Positions 60,631 through 64,000 of a stretch of DNA of 64,000 bases are shown piece after piece. The stretch's first letter is position 1. Every line of letters begins with the position of its first letter. The notes under the pieces were generated by a model. The model was not told where the DNA came from. It did not search any database and saw only the letters and a program-made list of their open reading frames with translations. Source of the stretch: Methanotrichaceae archaeon (GTDB taxonomy: Archaea > Halobacteriota > Methanosarcinia > Methanotrichales > Methanotrichaceae); the NCBI GenBank assembly GCA_963748825.1, contig CAVVKN010000013.1, positions 33,195 through 97,194 on the forward strand. Direction: 5' to 3'. Made by a program: the position numbers and the translations under genes.

Positions 60631-62619
60631 ATGGAAAGGACCAAAAAGAGTATGAAAGAAAGGCACCAGATATATAGTGAAGAAGGATTAAAGGACAATA
60701 TGAGGGCCGAAAAATTGACTTCTGAAGACGAGTCGAAAGAGCTGTTGGGGGATATTGATTTCAAAGATACCAGCAGCATAACCGTGCCTGAGAGCCTCAT
60801 AGATCATGTGATCGGCCAGGATGAGGCCGTGGAAGTGATCAAAAAGGCGGCACGCCAGAGACGCCATGTCATGCTCATCGGATCGCCGGGAACAGGAAAA
60901 TCCATGCTCGGCAAGGCCATGAGCGAGCTGCTTCCCGTGGAAGAGCTACAGGATGTTCTGGTCTATGCCAATCCAGAGGATAACAACACTCCGCGTGTTC
61001 GCGTCGTGCCTGCCGGCAGAGGAAAGCAGATAGTCGATGCCCAGAAGATGGAGGCCAGAAAGAAGGTCCAGACGCGCAACATGTTCTTAATGCTCATAGT
61101 AATGGCCTTGATAGTATATGCCTATTATACGGGACAGCTCCTCTTCGGGATCATTGCAGCAGCGCTCATATTCCTTTCACTGCGTTATATGCTGCCCAAA
61201 GAGGACGCCATGGTTCCCAAGCTCCTGGTGGACAACAACAGCAAGAAGAAAGCACCTTATGTGGATGCCACCGGGGCACACGCAGGCGCCCTTCTGGGAG
61301 ACGTCCGCCATGATCCCTTCCAGTCCGGCGGCCTGGAGACGCCATCCCATGAGCGGGTGGAATGCGGAGCCATTCACAAGGCTCACAAGGGAGTTCTCTT
61401 CATTGACGAGGTAAACACCCTGCGCCCGGAGTCACAGCAAAGCCTCCTCACCGCTTTGCAGGAGGGCGAGTATCCCATCACCGGCCAGAGCGAGAGGAGC
61501 TCCGGCGCACTGGTCAGAACGGAGCCCGTGCCCTGCAACTTCATCATGATCTTGGCGGGAAATTTGGATGCCGTGCAGGGGATGCATCCCGCCTTGAGGT
61601 CGCGCATCAAGGGTTACGGATATGAGGTCTACATGAGAGACACCATGGACGACACCCTGGAGAACAGAAACAAGCTCATCAAATTCGTGGCCCAGGAGAT
61701 TGTAAGAGACGGCAAGATACCGCACTTCACCAGGGATGCCGTTTCGGAGATCATGCGGGAAGCCAAGAGGAGGTCGGGCAGGAAGGGCCATCTCACACTA
61801 ATGCTGCGAGACCTTGGCGGTCTTATCAGGGTATCCGGGGACGTAGCTCGCGCCAATGGAGCAAACCTGACCGAAGCTGATCACGTGGTTCAGGCCAAGA
61901 AGATGGCCAGGTCCGTGGAACAGCAGCTTGCAGACCGCTACATGGAGCGGCGCAAGGATTACAGCATGTTCCACTCTTCCGGTGACGAAGTGGGAAGAGT
62001 CAATGGTCTGGCTGTTATGGGCGACTCGGGAATAGTGCTTCCTATCATGGCCGAAATCACGCCTGCCCAGTCCAAGGATGAAGGCAGGATCATAGCCACA
62101 GGCAAGCTGCAGGAGATTGCCAGAGAAGCGGTTACCAACGTATCCGTGCTCATCAAGAAGTTCCTGGGTGAGGACATAACCAAGAAGGATGTGCATATCC
62201 AGTTCATCGGCACCTACGAGGGCGTAGAGGGCGACAGCGCATCTATCTCCATTGCCACTGCAGTCATATCTGCCCTGGAAGGCGTGCCCGTCAAGCAGAC
62301 GGTGGCCATGACGGGTTCTCTGTCCGTGCGAGGAGATGTCATGCCCGTGGGAGGCGTGACGCAGAAGATCGAGGCCGCGGCGAAAGCAGGCATCAAGACA
62401 GTGCTCATACCCAAATCAAACATGGGAGATGTACTGATTGACGAAGCAACCAAGAGTATGATCGAGATCATTCCCGTCTCCAATATGAGCGAGGTCTTCG
62501 AGTATGCCATGGGCGGGCAGAGGAACCGGCTGATAGAGAAGCTGAAGAGGTTTGCAACCGAAAAGAAGATCGGCATCATCCTGCCGGAGACCATCTCCAT
62601 CCCCAGCAGGAGCATCTGA
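60631..62619 (+). CDS. lonB: Membrane-anchored ATP-dependent protease LonB
   Basis: VIGQDEA, GSPGTGKS, TM insert, LFIDE, EGDSAS (Ser), GVTQKIEAA (Lys). The true start may be a downstream ATG. Confidence 0.95.
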   Translation: MERTKKSMKERHQIYSEEGLKDNMRAEKLTSEDESKELLGDIDFKDTSSITVPESLIDHVIGQDEAVEVIKKAARQRRHVMLIGSPGTGKSMLGKAMSELLPVEELQDVLVYANPEDNNTPRVRVVPAGRGKQIVDAQKMEARKKVQTRNMFLMLIVMALIVYAYYTGQLLFGIIAAALIFLSLRYMLPKEDAMVPKLLVDNNSKKKAPYVDATGAHAGALLGDVRHDPFQSGGLETPSHERVECGAIHKAHKGVLFIDEVNTLRPESQQSLLTALQEGEYPITGQSERSSGALVRTEPVPCNFIMILAGNLDAVQGMHPALRSRIKGYGYEVYMRDTMDDTLENRNKLIKFVAQEIVRDGKIPHFTRDAVSEIMREAKRRSGRKGHLTLMLRDLGGLIRVSGDVARANGANLTEADHVVQAKKMARSVEQQLADRYMERRKDYSMFHSSGDEVGRVNGLAVMGDSGIVLPIMAEITPAQSKDEGRIIATGKLQEIAREAVTNVSVLIKKFLGEDITKKDVHIQFIGTYEGVEGDSASISIATAVISALEGVPVKQTVAMTGSLSVRGDVMPVGGVTQKIEAAAKAGIKTVLIPKSNMGDVLIDEATKSMIEIIPVSNMSEVFEYAMGGQRNRLIEKLKRFATEKKIGIILPETISIPSRSI

Positions 62620-62625
62620 AATCCA

Positions 62626-63945
62626 ATGGCGCCTGAGTTCTACGACATCCGCATCTTGCGAGGCAGTAGGACCAGGATCGTCCTGGACAACGGCAAGCTG
62701 GAAGAGATAGCTCAGGCTCCATTCCAGGGTGCGGCGGTGCGAGCCCTCTTTGGAGGAGCCTGGGGTTTTGTAACCACGGACAATGTTACCGATCTGGGGG
62801 AAGATATCGATCTGGCCAAACGCATCGCCCGGAAGATCGACCGGCGCGAGGATCTCTCGCTGGCAGAAGCTCCACCTGGCAGAAGCGTGGCCATTCCAGT
62901 CAAGAGAGATCCCAAGAACCTTTCCCTGGAAGAAAAGGTGGCGCTGCTGCGGGAGATTGAAGACGCGGCTAAAGTAAAAGGCGTCTCATCCACCCAGGCC
63001 GTCTACTCCGAGGTGGATTTTGCCACGCATTACAGCAGCTCGGAGGGCCTGGATCTAGAGTCAAAGACAACGCGCATGGGCTTTGTCATCAGCGCCGTGG
63101 CCCACAGAAACGGGCTCTACCAGACGGACGGAGAGGGCCGATCGGGCGTGGGGGGCCTGGAGCTTTTTGACCGGGAAGACCCCATTGCCCTGGCCAGAGG
63201 TGTAGGAGAGACGGCAGTCGCCCTTCTAGATGCCGATGTGCCCAAAGGCGGAACCTATCCCGTGCTTCTCGATCAGGAGCTGGCCGGGGTCTTCGTTCAT
63301 GAGGCAGTGGGCCATGCTACAGAAGGAGACATCATCCTGGAGGGCGACTCCTGTCTGGAAGGAAAGCTGGGCCAGAAGATCGGCTCAGAGCTGGTAACGG
63401 TGAAGGACGATCCCAGTTTGATGCAAAACGGCTACTACTCCTTTGACGATGAGGGAAGCCTTGCCCAAGAGACGATTTTGGTGGAGAAGGGCATCCTCAA
63501 TTCATATCTAAATACTCGCGAGACTGCAGCGCGACTGGGCGGGGTGCCGCGCAATGCACGCGCCGAGGGCCTGGATCGACCGGTGGTGCGCATGAGCAAC
63601 ACCTACATCGCCAACGGCGACTGGAAGCTGGAAGAGATCTTCGAGGAGCTGGGAGACGGAGTCTACCTGGCGGGAAGCAGAGGCGGCCAGGTGAGCACGG
63701 GCGAGGGCGTCTTCCAGTTCAATGCCAAGAGAGGCTATCTGGTGGAAAATGGCGAGAAGACGAAGCTTTTGCGGGATGTGTCTCTGTCCGGAAAGATTCT
63801 CGAGACCCTGCTTCATGTCAAGGCAGTGGGAAGTGACCTCAAGTTCAACAGCGGACGCTGCGGAAAAGCAGGACAGCTCGTGCCCGTTAGCGACGGATCG
63901 CCGCACCTCTTGGTGGCAGAGGCAACGGTGGGCGGAGCGGGATAA
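62626..63945 (+). CDS. tldD: TldD/PmbA family metalloprotease
   Basis: GAWGF, HEAVGHATE (HExxxH), DDEG, RMSNT, CGKAGQ..PVSDGSP. Confidence 0.9.
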   Translation: MAPEFYDIRILRGSRTRIVLDNGKLEEIAQAPFQGAAVRALFGGAWGFVTTDNVTDLGEDIDLAKRIARKIDRREDLSLAEAPPGRSVAIPVKRDPKNLSLEEKVALLREIEDAAKVKGVSSTQAVYSEVDFATHYSSSEGLDLESKTTRMGFVISAVAHRNGLYQTDGEGRSGVGGLELFDREDPIALARGVGETAVALLDADVPKGGTYPVLLDQELAGVFVHEAVGHATEGDIILEGDSCLEGKLGQKIGSELVTVKDDPSLMQNGYYSFDDEGSLAQETILVEKGILNSYLNTRETAARLGGVPRNARAEGLDRPVVRMSNTYIANGDWKLEEIFEELGDGVYLAGSRGGQVSTGEGVFQFNAKRGYLVENGEKTKLLRDVSLSGKILETLLHVKAVGSDLKFNSGRCGKAGQLVPVSDGSPHLLVAEATVGGAG

Positions 63946-64000
63946 ATTTTCGGGGTCTCTATAATTTCTCTTTTGCTACATCAGGATGACACGGTGGCTA

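Overview
This is a 64-kb archaeal chromosomal segment (PolD large subunit, L21e, RpoF/Rpo4, Pus10, LonB, CDC48, SecDF). The gene set fits a Methanosarcinales/Methanotrichales methanogen, probably Methanothrix-like; that assignment is inferred, not searched. Housekeeping blocks are interrupted by three accessory modules. (1) A tightly coupled five-gene defence operon: type III-like mod, ABC/SMC-type ATPase, DUF4276-like TOPRIM protein, a second ATPase with a degenerate Walker B, and res. The mod gene carries an AT-rich target-recognition segment that looks swapped in. (2) An ArsR-ArsP-thioredoxin-DGC cluster followed by a probably secreted rhodanese that lacks its catalytic Cys. (3) A complete bacterial-type N-ATPase operon (atpDCQRBEFAG) that ends at a perfect hairpin next to a decayed paralog of the neighbouring gene. 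Also present: a candidate HSR1-type heat-shock operon with tandem CTAAC-N5-GTTAG-like operators, a structured GC-rich intergenic element upstream of thiME, several gene remnants, and four single-base frameshifts that may be assembly errors. I saw no rRNA, tRNA, CRISPR array or intact transposase.
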